Part shown: in pieces, positions 1 through 9,352 of the stretch
Layout of the letters: every line of letters begins with the position of its first letter
Numbering within the stretch: position 1 is the stretch's first letter
NCBI GenBank assembly: GCA_964609305.1
Contig: CAZSRK010000001.1
Location: 20,411-84,410, forward strand
DNA length: 64,000 nt
Origin: an uncultured Oscillospiraceae bacterium
GTDB taxonomy: Bacteria > Bacillota > Clostridia > Oscillospirales > Oscillospiraceae
Direction: 5' to 3'
The notes under the pieces: generated by a model
Databases searched by the model: none
Seen by the model: the letters and a program-made list of their open reading frames with translations, nothing else
What the model was told of the DNA's origin: nothing
Made by a program: the position numbers and the translations under genes

Positions 1-1263
1 GGAGCAGAACCACTGCGGCGTCGCGCGGAAGATGATAGTGCCCTTGCAGCGCCAGCAGTGCGGATAGGAGTGGACGATGTCCTCGCTTGCAAAGAGCATG
101 CCGGACTGCCGCATGTCCTCGAGGATGACGGGGTTGGACTCCTCCGTCCTGAGCCCGGCATATTTCCCGGCGTAGTCGGTGTGACGTCCCTGATCGTCCA
201 CGGGCACGACCAGCTCCAGCCCATAGCGCAGGCAGGTCTGATAGTCGTCCGCGCCGAATCCGGGTGCCGTGTGCACACAGCCTGTACCGGAATCCATCGT
301 GACATAGTCTGCAGTCATAAGATAACTGGTCTTGGGCAGGAACGGATGATCCGCTATCATTTTCTCAAAGAAAGCGCCGTTATGGGTCTCAAGAATCTCC
401 CATTCTTCAAAACCGCCGACCTTCATGACCTTTTCGACCAGGGGCTTGGCTATTATATACATCTCACTATTGGGTGCCTTTACGATGGCATAGGTCTCCT
501 CGGGATGGAGCGTGATACCCATGTTCCCGGGCAGAGTCCAGATGGTCGTCGTCCATATAAGGAAAAACAGTTTTGACTTGTCCAGATCCGGCAGCCTGCC
601 CAGGTCGTCATTCATGCGGAACTTGACGTACGCCGTGGTGCAGGGGTCGTCCTGATACTCGATCTCAGCCTCAGCCAGCGCCGTTTCGTCCTTCGGGCAC
701 CAGTAGACCGGCTTGAATCCCTTGTAGATATACCCTTTTTTGTACATCTCCCCAAATATCCTGACTTCCTGCGCTTCAAAAGTGGGATTCATCGTCTTGT
801 ACGGGTGTTCCCAGTCGCCGAGGACTCCCATGCGCTTGAAACCCTTCATCTGCACGTCGATATAGTGGTCTGCGAACTCATGGCAGGCATTGCGGAAATC
901 AGGCACCGACATCTGCTTGCGGTTGAGCTTGTTCTGCTTTATGATCGCGCTTTCTATCGGCATACCGTGATTATCCCAGCCGGGGATATACGGCGTGTAG
1001 TAGCCACGCATGGCATAGCTGCGCGTGATGAAGTCCTTGAGCGCCTTGTTCAGGGCATGACCCATGTGCAGATCACCGTTGGAAAAGGGAGGTCCGTCAT
1101 GCAGCGAGAACAGGGGCTTTCCCTTGTTCTTCCGGAGCAGTTCGTTGTACACATCCTCCTTTTCCCAGCGCACCTGCATCTCCGGCTCGCGCTTGGGCAG
1201 GCCGGCACGCATGGGAAAATCTGTTTTGGGAAGGTTTACTGTCGCATTGTAGTCCTGGGACAT
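1..1263 (-). CDS. ileS: isoleucyl-tRNA synthetase, N-terminal part (C-terminus lies beyond the window start)
   Basis: Absent from the ORF track because it runs off the window edge. My minus-strand translation from the ATG at 1263 reads MSQDYNATVNLPKTDFPMRAGLPKREPEMQ...HDGPPFSNGDLHMGHALNK (class I HIGH-type motif)...IPGWDNHGMPIE...YWCPKDETALAEAEIEY. A purine-rich RBS lies upstream. Confidence 0.88.
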   Translation of the reverse strand, partial: MSQDYNATVNLPKTDFPMRAGLPKREPEMQVRWEKEDVYNELLRKNKGKPLFSLHDGPPFSNGDLHMGHALNKALKDFITRSYAMRGYYTPYIPGWDNHGMPIESAIIKQNKLNRKQMSVPDFRNACHEFADHYIDVQMKGFKRMGVLGDWEHPYKTMNPTFEAQEVRIFGEMYKKGYIYKGFKPVYWCPKDETALAEAEIEYQDDPCTTAYVKFRMNDDLGRLPDLDKSKLFFLIWTTTIWTLPGNMGITLHPEETYAIVKAPNSEMYIIAKPLVEKVMKVGGFEEWEILETHNGAFFEKMIADHPFLPKTSYLMTADYVTMDSGTGCVHTAPGFGADDYQTCLRYGLELVVPVDDQGRHTDYAGKYAGLRTEESNPVILEDMRQSGMLFASEDIVHSYPHCWRCKGTIIFRATPQWFCS

Positions 1264-1350
1264 ATCTTCTTTTCTCCTGTTCTTTTCTCTTCTCTTTTTC
1301 CCGCGTCTTTACCGACGCTTCGTCAGTGCGGATACCCGGGTCCTTTCGGC

Positions 1351-1390
1351 AAAAAACAGGGCGCGCGCACGCGTCAGGGTGCGCCGCCCG
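1351..1390 (-). terminator. GC-rich hairpin plus T-run between divIVA and ileS (intrinsic terminator, possibly an attenuator)
   Basis: The minus strand reads GGGCGGCGCAC-CCTGACGC-GTGCGCGCGCCC followed by TGTTTTTTG. It sits about 70 nt after the divIVA stop and about 90 nt before the ileS ATG. Confidence 0.6.
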
Positions 1391-1460
1391 TTTTGATGTC
1401 GCTGGCCTGTTTCCCGGACGGCGGCCGGTCGGCGCGTCGACAGTGCGGGTCTTTCGTTCC

Positions 1461-2204
1461 TCAGTCGTCGAAACTCAGCGCCTCGAAATCAAACTGGAGT
1501 GGATCGGCGTCCGCGGCGGCGGGGGCCGATGCAGAAACGGCATTGTACAGCCGCGTGGGTTCGTCCGTAGTCTCCGTCTCCCGTGAACCGAGCACGGAGC
1601 CGATGTCTATCTGAGGCTCATCCTGCGCAGGTGCGTCAACCACCTTTGCAACGCTGTCCTCTATGGTCTTGACCGTATCGCGGATATCGACAGAAGGCTC
1701 CGCCGACTTTTTCGCAGGAGGAAGCTGAAGCTCGTCCAGCCTGTCCAGAAAAGCGAGCTGCTCATTGCACATGCGGCGTATGCGCTCTATAAAATTGGCG
1801 GTGGCCTGCTTTGCCGCGTCAATTTTCGCCTGCTCCGTCGCGACGGAATTCTTCGCCTCGGAAACGATACGCTCAGCCTCGGCTTTTGCGTTTGCAATGC
1901 GGTCGGTGCTCTGCTTTTCTACCTCTGCGGTGAGGTTTTTGGCCTTGTCCTTGGCCTCGTTTTCTATCTGCACGCTCATCTTCTGAGCGCTGAGCAACGC
2001 AAGACGCATCGCATCCTCCGTGGAACGGTACTCCTCAATCTTATCGACAAGCACTTTCATCTTGCCCTTGAGGACCGCATTCTCCTTCTGGAGCGCAGTG
2101 AAACCGTCGGCGACCTCTTCTAGGAAATCGTCAACACCGGCCATATCATAGCCGCCGAACACGGCCTTTTCAAACGTTTTTTCCTTTATATCCTGAGCTG
2201 TCAT
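1461..2204 (-). CDS. divIVA: DivIVA-domain cell-division protein
   Basis: The N-terminus MTAQDIKEKTFEKAVFGGYDMAGVDDFLEEV is the canonical DivIVA start. The rest is coiled-coil and the tail is acidic. Confidence 0.9.
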   Translation of the reverse strand: MTAQDIKEKTFEKAVFGGYDMAGVDDFLEEVADGFTALQKENAVLKGKMKVLVDKIEEYRSTEDAMRLALLSAQKMSVQIENEAKDKAKNLTAEVEKQSTDRIANAKAEAERIVSEAKNSVATEQAKIDAAKQATANFIERIRRMCNEQLAFLDRLDELQLPPAKKSAEPSVDIRDTVKTIEDSVAKVVDAPAQDEPQIDIGSVLGSRETETTDEPTRLYNAVSASAPAAADADPLQFDFEALSFDD

Positions 2205-2260
2205 ATCTGATTATCACCTTTCGCTGCATTTTTTATTTTTGTCGGAAGCGCGTTTGTCGA

Positions 2261-2818
2261 TTAAAAATACATGCCGTTGTTCTCGAGCTCGTCAATCAGA
2301 TCTCCCATAAGATTGACGTTATACGGTGTGATGATATATGTGCTGACCGCGACCTTTTTTATCTTGCCGTCCTGCGCATAGGCCACGCCGGACAAAAAGT
2401 CGATAAGGCGGCGGGAGACCTCTTTGCCGGTCTGCTCCAGATTCATGACGACGGTCCGCTTCTCCCTGAGGTGGTCGGCTATCTCCGCGGCGGCTTCGAA
2501 CCGCTCCGGCTTGACGAGCACGACCTGTACCTGCGCCGTCGCATTTATGTTCACAACGCGGTTGTCACGAGCCTGGGAGCGCAGATTCTGGTAAGAGCTC
2601 ACACGGCTCTGCGTCTGCCTCTGAGGCTGCTCATGTCCGCCGCCGTGGGATGAAGAAAAGGGATTTGTCCGCTTTTCCTGTGCGGTCACGGCAGCCTGCC
2701 GTTCGTGGGACTCGGAAACCTGTTCGGGCTCGTATTCCTCGTCCTCCATCTCGTCAAGAAAATCCTCGTCATCGTCGTACGGCCTGGTTATCTCTTTAAG
2801 CTTATCAAGAAATCCCAT
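2261..2818 (-). CDS. sepF: cell division protein SepF
   Basis: It has a disordered acidic N-terminal half. The C-terminal domain reads VVLVKPERFEAAAEIADHLREKRTVVMNLEQ...RLIDFLSGVAYAQDGKIKKV, typical of SepF. It sits between yggS and divIVA. Confidence 0.9.
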   Translation of the reverse strand: MGFLDKLKEITRPYDDDEDFLDEMEDEEYEPEQVSESHERQAAVTAQEKRTNPFSSSHGGGHEQPQRQTQSRVSSYQNLRSQARDNRVVNINATAQVQVVLVKPERFEAAAEIADHLREKRTVVMNLEQTGKEVSRRLIDFLSGVAYAQDGKIKKVAVSTYIITPYNVNLMGDLIDELENNGMYF

Positions 2819-3534
2819 TATATCTTTACCTCCGGGGAATAGTTTCGTAAGCCGAATATGGCCGTGCCCACACGCACCATATTCGCGCCCTCCGTAATAG
2901 CGTCCTCAAAATCGCCGCTCATGCCCATGGACAGAAAATCCATGGATACATTATTATATTTTTTCTTCACGTTGTCAACAAAAAGCTGATGCATGCGGCT
3001 AAAATATGGCCGGTTCTCGCCCTTTTCATGCGAAATGGGTGGAATTGCCATAAGTCCGCGCACCAGGATCCCGTCCAGCCGGGACGCCAGCTCCAGCATT
3101 TCGGGCAGGAGCTCTGGCTCGGCGCCGGTCTTTGCCTGCTCGCCTGCGATATTCAGCTCAATGAGTATCTCCTGCTTTATGCCAAGGCTTTCCGCGCGCG
3201 AGGAGATAAGCTGCATGAGCTCCAGCGAATCGACGGATTCTATAAGCTGTACCCTGCCGACGACCTGGCGCACCTTGTTTTTCTGAAGATGCCCGATAAA
3301 GTGCAGCGGTGCCCCCTCATACGCGCCCTGCTCCAGTTTTTCCAGCATCTCCTGTGCTCGGTTTTCACCACAGGCGTCGACTCCGGCCGCGATCGCCTCG
3401 CGCACGCGCTCAGCCGGATTCGTTTTTGTCGCCGCGACGAGCCGTATATCGGACGCATCGCGCCCTGCCCGCTGTGCGGCCAGCTCTATCCTCTGTCTGA
3501 CAAGCCTTACGTTCTCAGCAATATCCATGCCCAT
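2818..3534 (-). CDS. yggS: YggS/YlmE-family PLP-binding homeostasis protein
   Basis: The 238-aa product contains LVAATKT (PLP lysine), HFIGHLQKNK and SMGMSGDFEDAI. It has the conserved position upstream of sepF. Confidence 0.9.
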   Translation of the reverse strand: MGMDIAENVRLVRQRIELAAQRAGRDASDIRLVAATKTNPAERVREAIAAGVDACGENRAQEMLEKLEQGAYEGAPLHFIGHLQKNKVRQVVGRVQLIESVDSLELMQLISSRAESLGIKQEILIELNIAGEQAKTGAEPELLPEMLELASRLDGILVRGLMAIPPISHEKGENRPYFSRMHQLFVDNVKKKYNNVSMDFLSMGMSGDFEDAITEGANMVRVGTAIFGLRNYSPEVKI

Positions 3535-3542
3535 TCTCCATT

Positions 3543-4745
3543 CTATCCGATGACCTTGCCATCATAGATGTCGTTGCCTTTTGTTATTATCTCGTTGCCT
3601 TCACGCAGGGCGTCCGCCTCCGGCTCGACCTCGGCAAGGCAGAAGTTCTCGTCCTCGTAGACTATGGTTATGTCCTTTCTCTCAGCCTGAAGGCCCGTGA
3701 CAACGTATACATACATGCTCCCGTCCTCCACGTCCGTATATATGGCCTCGGTCGGGACCCTGATCCCGCTGTACTCGCTGAATATGACCTCGGCCTGCGC
3801 CTTTCGCATGGCAAGGGTATCCGACAGCGAGTCACGGCACAGGAAAACGACGACCCTGTTGCCGCTTTCGTCCTCCGGCCCGATGTTATATACCTCGGCC
3901 GGGACATTCCCGCTTATTCCCCCGTCAAAATTCAGTTGTACGGAGTCCCCGGTCTCAAGTCCGTCGGAGTATTCGCCGTCCACGGCAGCGGCATAGTACC
4001 AGACGTATGACGTGACCAGCTTGCCATATGCCGCTTCCGGCACGGATGGCTCCGCCTGCTCAAGAGAATCCAGGGTCTCCGGAGTTATGCCCGTTACATC
4101 CTCGACTGTAAGCTGCTCCCATCCATCTACTATCGTTGTGAAGACGCCCGAGCGGTCCGTGGTTATGTCGGTCGTGTCAGTCGTCGAGTTCGTCAAAAGC
4201 CCGAAAAGCTCGCTTTTGAGCTCGTTGAGCTGTTCTTCGGTCGCTTCCGAGGAGCCGTCGTCGAAAACGAGAGAGCCGAGGCTCAGGCAACAGACATCAA
4301 GCTCTTCCAGTTCCTGCCTTGCAACGGCGGAGCCAAGAGAAATGACGGCCTGCTGCACTGCCTCGGCCTGTATTGCGATATCCTCGTTGTCCGCGCCGGA
4401 GAGCGCGGTCTCAACACGCGAGATCTCAAGCTGCAGCTCGCGGATGCGCCCTGCCCTGTCAAGCGCGGCCTCGTCGCTGTAAGCCCTTGCGACAGTCGCG
4501 CCCTTCGCGACGTGCCCGCCGTCGGTCGCCGTTATGTAAAGATTCGGTTCGTTACTGGTGAGGGTGGACTCTTCCCTGACTATCAGCCCCGACACCGGAG
4601 TTGAAATAGTTACTGTGGTTTGAACGGCAAGGGCGGTCTGGAAGCTGTTTACAAGGCTGTCCCAGGCATAGAAACCCAGATAGGCCAGCATTGCCAGAAA
4701 CAGCAGCACCCCAACAACTTTTATCAGCTTATCGGTTTTTTCCAT
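3543..4745 (-). CDS. membrane-anchored HlyD/barrel-sandwich-like protein of unknown role
   Basis: It has a single N-terminal TM helix (VVGVLLFLAMLAYLGFYAW), a lipoyl-like hairpin motif (VSGLIVRE...GGHVAKGATVARAY) and a coiled-coil segment. No specific family was recognised. Confidence 0.5.
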   Translation of the reverse strand: MEKTDKLIKVVGVLLFLAMLAYLGFYAWDSLVNSFQTALAVQTTVTISTPVSGLIVREESTLTSNEPNLYITATDGGHVAKGATVARAYSDEAALDRAGRIRELQLEISRVETALSGADNEDIAIQAEAVQQAVISLGSAVARQELEELDVCCLSLGSLVFDDGSSEATEEQLNELKSELFGLLTNSTTDTTDITTDRSGVFTTIVDGWEQLTVEDVTGITPETLDSLEQAEPSVPEAAYGKLVTSYVWYYAAAVDGEYSDGLETGDSVQLNFDGGISGNVPAEVYNIGPEDESGNRVVVFLCRDSLSDTLAMRKAQAEVIFSEYSGIRVPTEAIYTDVEDGSMYVYVVTGLQAERKDITIVYEDENFCLAEVEPEADALREGNEIITKGNDIYDGKVIG

Positions 4746-4773
4746 GTCCGGACTCCTTGTCGTTTTGCACGCG

Positions 4774-5004
4774 CTACTCCTGCGTCGTATGTATGGTTAT
4801 CGGTTTTGGCGGCACAAGCGTCGAAATGGCGTGCTTGTATATCATCTGCTGCTTCCCGTCCGAGTCGACGATCACAACAAAATTGTCAAACCCCCGGACG
4901 ACGCCCTTGAGCTGAAACCCGTTCATCAGGAACACGGTTATCGGCGTCCTGTCCTGCCTCACCTGATTGAGAAACATATCCTGCAGATTCTGTGTCTTTT
5001 GCAT
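4774..5004 (-). CDS. hfq: RNA chaperone Hfq
   Basis: [41 protein letters not shown] matches the Sm1/Sm2 core. The gene lies directly downstream of miaA, as in many bacteria. Confidence 0.95.
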   Translation of the reverse strand: MQKTQNLQDMFLNQVRQDRTPITVFLMNGFQLKGVVRGFDNFVVIVDSDGKQQMIYKHAISTLVPPKPITIHTTQE

Positions 5005-5120
5005 TTTGTAGCCAACTCCCTTTCGGGTGAGCGGCTATTTGAGATTTTACCATAAGCCGCGCCCCTGTTAAATAGTAATATTGTACAAAATCGGACCCAT
5101 TGGGACGATCAATGTACGCC

Positions 5121-6071
5121 TCAGCATTCTATACTGTGGGCACGCAGAAAATCAGTCGAACGCCGTCGTGCAAAGTCCATGTTCGGCTCATTTTCCCACT
5201 CGATCCAGAAAACCGTTTTATCCCGCCGGAGCCAGGTAAGCTGCCGCTTGGCATAACGGCGCGACTGGCGCTTTATCGTCTCGACCGCTTCGGCCACCGT
5301 CGTCCGGCCGAGCAGCGCCTGCGCCATCTCCTTATATCCGATGGCCTGCATCGCGGTGGTCTCAAGCCCCACGCCTTCCGCCATAAGGGCACGCACCTCG
5401 TTTTCAAGCCCCCGCTCCATCATCAGGTCGACACGGCGATCGATGCGTTCATACAGCCGCCGCCTGTCGGCAAACGTCAGCGCGATCTTCACAGCGTCAT
5501 AACGCGGGGGCAGATTTCTGGTGTGCTCGTCATGCTCCGTGATCGTCCTGCCCGTCGTCTCGAACACCTCTATCGCGCGGATTATGCGGCGCTTGTCCGA
5601 GGGATGCAGCCGTGCGGCCCTGTCCGGGTCGAATAAACGCAGGCGCTCGAGTATGGCCTCTCCGCCGACGGCGTCATATTCGCCGGACAGAGCCTCGCGC
5701 AGCCTGCTGTCGCCGGGCTGCGCCGCAAAATCCCGTCCCGAGACGAGCGAATCTATATACAGTCCCGTTCCCCCAACGATAACCGGCATCCTGCCCCTGG
5801 CGAGTATCCCGTTCATACAGAGCGAGGCCTCCCGGCAGAATCGCGCGGCCGAATAGTTCTCCGACGGTTCCGCGATATCTATCATGTGATGGGGAACGCC
5901 GCGCATCTCCCCGGCAGTTGGCTTCGCCGTGCCTATGTCCATGCGGCGGTAGATCTGCATGGAATCGGCCGAGACGACCTCTCCGCCGAGCGAGAGCGCA
6001 AGCTCAACGCCCAGCGCGGTCTTTCCCGTGGCAGTCGGACCGGTTATCACAATAACGCGTGGCGGCATCAC
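5121..6071 (-). CDS. miaA: tRNA dimethylallyltransferase
   Basis: It has a P-loop (VIVITGPTATGKTALGVELA), plus SADSMQIYRRMDIGTAKP and GGTGLYIDSL. Confidence 0.95.
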   Translation of the reverse strand: MMPPRVIVITGPTATGKTALGVELALSLGGEVVSADSMQIYRRMDIGTAKPTAGEMRGVPHHMIDIAEPSENYSAARFCREASLCMNGILARGRMPVIVGGTGLYIDSLVSGRDFAAQPGDSRLREALSGEYDAVGGEAILERLRLFDPDRAARLHPSDKRRIIRAIEVFETTGRTITEHDEHTRNLPPRYDAVKIALTFADRRRLYERIDRRVDLMMERGLENEVRALMAEGVGLETTAMQAIGYKEMAQALLGRTTVAEAVETIKRQSRRYAKRQLTWLRRDKTVFWIEWENEPNMDFARRRSTDFLRAHSIEC

Positions 6072-6307
6072 TCCCTGCCCTTCATGAGCTCGCCGTATTT
6101 TTCGATATAATCGGTAAGCTCGCGCACCTCGTTGAAACGGGCCTCTTCGCTCTGCGCAAGCCTGCTGTACTCAGCTTTAATCGCCTCGTCCGGGACGTCA
6201 AGGGCCGTGCGCTGGAAGTCGAACATACTCTGATAGCAATCCTCTGTATATTCGCGGAGCACATCCTTCAGCAGCTCAAACTGTTTATCCGTTAGGTCAA
6301 GTTTCAC
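6068..6307 (-). CDS. small acidic helical protein, unknown function
   Basis: The 79-aa ORF has a stop that overlaps the miaA GTG start (GTGA overlap). An RBS-like GGAGGAAAT lies upstream. No recognisable family. Confidence 0.45.
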   Translation of the reverse strand: MKLDLTDKQFELLKDVLREYTEDCYQSMFDFQRTALDVPDEAIKAEYSRLAQSEEARFNEVRELTDYIEKYGELMKGRE

Positions 6308-6390
6308 TATATTTCCTCCGTTTCGTATTTTTTATTTGCATTTCATGATATATGTGTTAGAATTAGACTATCACTAAGGAGGGATTTCCC

Positions 6391-7233
6391 ATGAAAATTA
6401 AGGTCACGGCCGACAGTACCTGTGATCTTTCCCAGGAGCTCCTGGACAAGTATAACATAACCGTCATTCCGTTGTTCATAGTCAAGGACGGGGAGAGTTT
6501 TATCGACGGCGTCGAAATCTTTCCGGACGATATATTCAAATATGTCTCGGAGACCGGCAAGCTCTGCTCCACCACGGCTGTCAACGTCGCCGACTATGTC
6601 GAAAAATTCACCGAACTGCGCCGTGAATACGACGCGATCATCCATTTCACCATTTCAAGCGAAATGTCCGCCTGCTACCAGAACGCCTGCCTGGCGGCGG
6701 AGGAGGTTTCCGGTGTCTACCCCTTTGACGCGCGCAATCTCTCCACCGGGATCGGCCATCTCGCGATCGACGCCTCCATCATGGCGCAAAGCGGCATGGA
6801 CCCCGAGGAGATAGTCGCCGTATTGAACAAGAAAAGGGAAAAGCTCGACGTCAGCTTTATAATCGACACTCTCCTGTATCTGTGGAAAGGCGGCCGCTGC
6901 AGCGGCGTTGCTATGCTCGGCGCCAACCTGCTCAGTCTCAAACCCTGCATCGAGGTACGCGACGGCAGCATGGGCGTTGCAAAGAAATACCGTGGCTCGC
7001 TGAAAAAGTGCCTTGTCCAGTATGTCCGCGACAGGCTTAAGGACCGCGAGGATATCGATACCAGAAGAATATTCATAACCGACTCAGGTGTCAGTGAGGA
7101 TATCTATAACGCTGTTTATGAAGCGGTTTCCGAGTGCCAGCAGTTCGACGAGATACTGCACACCCGCGCAGGCAGCACCATATCCAACCATTGCGGGCCG
7201 AATTGCCTTGGCATCCTGTATTATCACAAATAA
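6391..7233 (+). CDS. DegV-family fatty-acid-binding protein
   Basis: MKIKVTADSTCDLSQELLDKYNITVIPL is the typical DegV start. The length is 280 aa and an AGGAGGG RBS is present. Confidence 0.9.
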   Translation: MKIKVTADSTCDLSQELLDKYNITVIPLFIVKDGESFIDGVEIFPDDIFKYVSETGKLCSTTAVNVADYVEKFTELRREYDAIIHFTISSEMSACYQNACLAAEEVSGVYPFDARNLSTGIGHLAIDASIMAQSGMDPEEIVAVLNKKREKLDVSFIIDTLLYLWKGGRCSGVAMLGANLLSLKPCIEVRDGSMGVAKKYRGSLKKCLVQYVRDRLKDREDIDTRRIFITDSGVSEDIYNAVYEAVSECQQFDEILHTRAGSTISNHCGPNCLGILYYHK

Positions 7234-7243
7234 GCCCGATTTT

Positions 7244-7274
7244 CCCGCCGGAGATATCTCCGGCGGGCTTTTTT
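7244..7274 (+). terminator. intrinsic terminator after degV
   Basis: Perfect palindrome CCCGCCGGAGAT/ATCTCCGGCGGG followed by CTTTTTTC. Confidence 0.8.
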
Positions 7275-7363
7275 CACTTTTTGCACTTTTTATGGCCTGT
7301 TCCGGCCTGCATGTCTGAGGAGCGTTTTTGCCCTTCTCGCGCTGCCCGGGCACTTTCGGCACG

Positions 7364-9223
7364 TCAGACTATCCGCTTGAACTGTTTGTCCAGCTCCTTT
7401 TTTGTGAGCGTGACGGCGACCGGTCTTCCGTGCGGGCAGTATTTTATCTCTCCCGAGCAGACGCGCGCGGCGATGGCCTCCAGCTCGGCCAGGTCGGAAC
7501 GTTTCCCCGCCTTGATGGCCGCTTTACAGGCCACCGTGTGCAGGATATCGTCCCTTTTGGATTCGGGTGTGCCGCCAAGCCGCAGTTTTTCACATATCTC
7601 CTCGACCGCGGCTTCCTCCTGCCCCTCAAGCTCTGCGGGTACGGCTCGGATCACAACGGCGTTTTCCCCATATGTGTCTATCTCAAACCCCACACGCTCG
7701 AGCGCGGCGCGGTTTTCCTCCAGCAGTTCCAGGCTGTCGCCTCCGCAGCGCCAGACTATCGGTGCCAGCAGACTCTGGCTCATTACCGGCAGGCTATCCT
7801 CACGGAGCCTGTCGAATATCATGCGTTCATGCGCTGCATGCTTGTCGATAAGGACAAGCTCCTGACCCTTTTCGACGATGATATAGGTCTCCATCGCCTC
7901 GCCTATGACGCGCAGCGGCGTTTCCTCCGGCAGATCCGGCAGCGTGACGTTTTCCGGCTCCACCGCCTTTGCCGTCCGGGCAGTCTGCTGCCTGCCCGGC
8001 GCGGCGCTTTCCACGGGTTCCCGTGTCGAAAACGGTGCCTGACAACTGCGTGCCGTCAGCGTGCCGGGGGTCCGGCTGCTTTCCCGGCGGTACTGCTCAC
8101 TGGTCATCGAACGGAAAAAGTCACTGTCAGGCCTGGCTGCGGCTCTCTCCGTCGGGGCAGCCTGCGCGCTCTCCCGTCGGAATGGACTGACCGCCTTTTC
8201 CGTACCGGAGGAGAGCTTTACCTCGGCCGTGCCGCGCTCGCTTTCAAGCGCGCCCAACGCCGCGTAATATACGGCGTCGAACACTTTCTTTTCCTCAGAG
8301 AATTTGACCTCGTTCTTCGTCGGATGGACGTTAACATCCACGCTGCCGCAGCTTATGGTTATGTACAATACGCAGGATGGGAAGCGCCCGGTCAAAAGAG
8401 TGTTCCGATAGCTTTGCTCGAGCGCAGCCTGGAGCGTGGAGGAGCGTATCGACCGGCCGTTTACAAAGAAAAACTGCGCCGAGCGGTTGCCCCTTCCGGC
8501 GTGCGGCGCGCTGACAAAGCCCTTTACTGACACGCCGTCGCTCTCCAGCTCACAGGAGAGCATGGACTTTGCCATGTCGCGGCCAAGCAGGCTGTAAACG
8601 CATGAATCCATCCTGCCGTCGCCGGATGTAAAGAACTCCTCCCTGCCGTCGCGCAGGCAGCGCACAGATACCTCCGGCCGGCCGAGCGCGCAGCGCAGGG
8701 CGAGACTGACGCAGTGCGTGCCCTCAGCACGGTCGGACTTGAGGAATTTTCGTCTGGCCGGCGTATTGTAAAACAGGTCCCTGACGGTTATGACCGTGCC
8801 CTCGGGACAGCCGGCCTCATGCATATCTACGATCTCGCCGTGATCGAGTACGACGCGCGTGCCGGAGGCTGCGCCCTTCTCCCTCGTGAGCAGCTCTACG
8901 CGCGATACGGCGGCTATGGCCGCCAGAGCCTCTCCGCGGAAGCCAAGGGTCTCGATCGCCTCAAGCCCGCGCTCGTCGTGCAGTTTGCTCGTCGCATGGC
9001 GCAGGAAAGCGATGCCCGCATCCTCCGGCGACATGCCGCAGCCGTCGTCCGTCACGCGGATGAGCGTCTGTCCGCCGCCGCGAAGCTCGACTGTTATGCT
9101 CTTTGCGCCCGCGTCGATGGAGTTTTCCATAAGCTCTTTTACGACGCTGCCGGGCCTCTCGACGACCTCGCCGGCGGCTATCATATCCGCGACCAGCGGC
9201 GATAGAATATTGATAACGGACAT
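7364..9223 (-). CDS. mutL: DNA mismatch repair protein MutL
   Basis: The N-terminal GHKL ATPase region reads IAAGEVVERPGSVVKELMENSIDAGA, followed by GFRGEALAAI. The C-terminal dimerisation domain carries ACKAAIKAG. Confidence 0.95.
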   Translation of the reverse strand: MSVINILSPLVADMIAAGEVVERPGSVVKELMENSIDAGAKSITVELRGGGQTLIRVTDDGCGMSPEDAGIAFLRHATSKLHDERGLEAIETLGFRGEALAAIAAVSRVELLTREKGAASGTRVVLDHGEIVDMHEAGCPEGTVITVRDLFYNTPARRKFLKSDRAEGTHCVSLALRCALGRPEVSVRCLRDGREEFFTSGDGRMDSCVYSLLGRDMAKSMLSCELESDGVSVKGFVSAPHAGRGNRSAQFFFVNGRSIRSSTLQAALEQSYRNTLLTGRFPSCVLYITISCGSVDVNVHPTKNEVKFSEEKKVFDAVYYAALGALESERGTAEVKLSSGTEKAVSPFRRESAQAAPTERAAARPDSDFFRSMTSEQYRRESSRTPGTLTARSCQAPFSTREPVESAAPGRQQTARTAKAVEPENVTLPDLPEETPLRVIGEAMETYIIVEKGQELVLIDKHAAHERMIFDRLREDSLPVMSQSLLAPIVWRCGGDSLELLEENRAALERVGFEIDTYGENAVVIRAVPAELEGQEEAAVEEICEKLRLGGTPESKRDDILHTVACKAAIKAGKRSDLAELEAIAARVCSGEIKYCPHGRPVAVTLTKKELDKQFKRIV

Positions 9224-9352
9224 TTTCTATATCTCCCGTATTTCACCGATTATATAACACTGACATGATATCACAAATACATTGAAATTTCCACCGGTAA
9301 ATGATAAACTGTTAGATCAGGAATATCTGACCGCAAAAGGAACAGGGTAAAA

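Noticed and set aside
1264-1460. A possible Ile T-box leader upstream of ileS.
   Set aside because: A terminator hairpin is present. However, I could not find the T-box consensus (GGGUGGUACCGCG), a stem I with GA/AG-bulge motifs or a positioned AUC specifier. The available space (about 110 nt upstream of the hairpin) is short. It is kept only as a terminator or possible attenuator.
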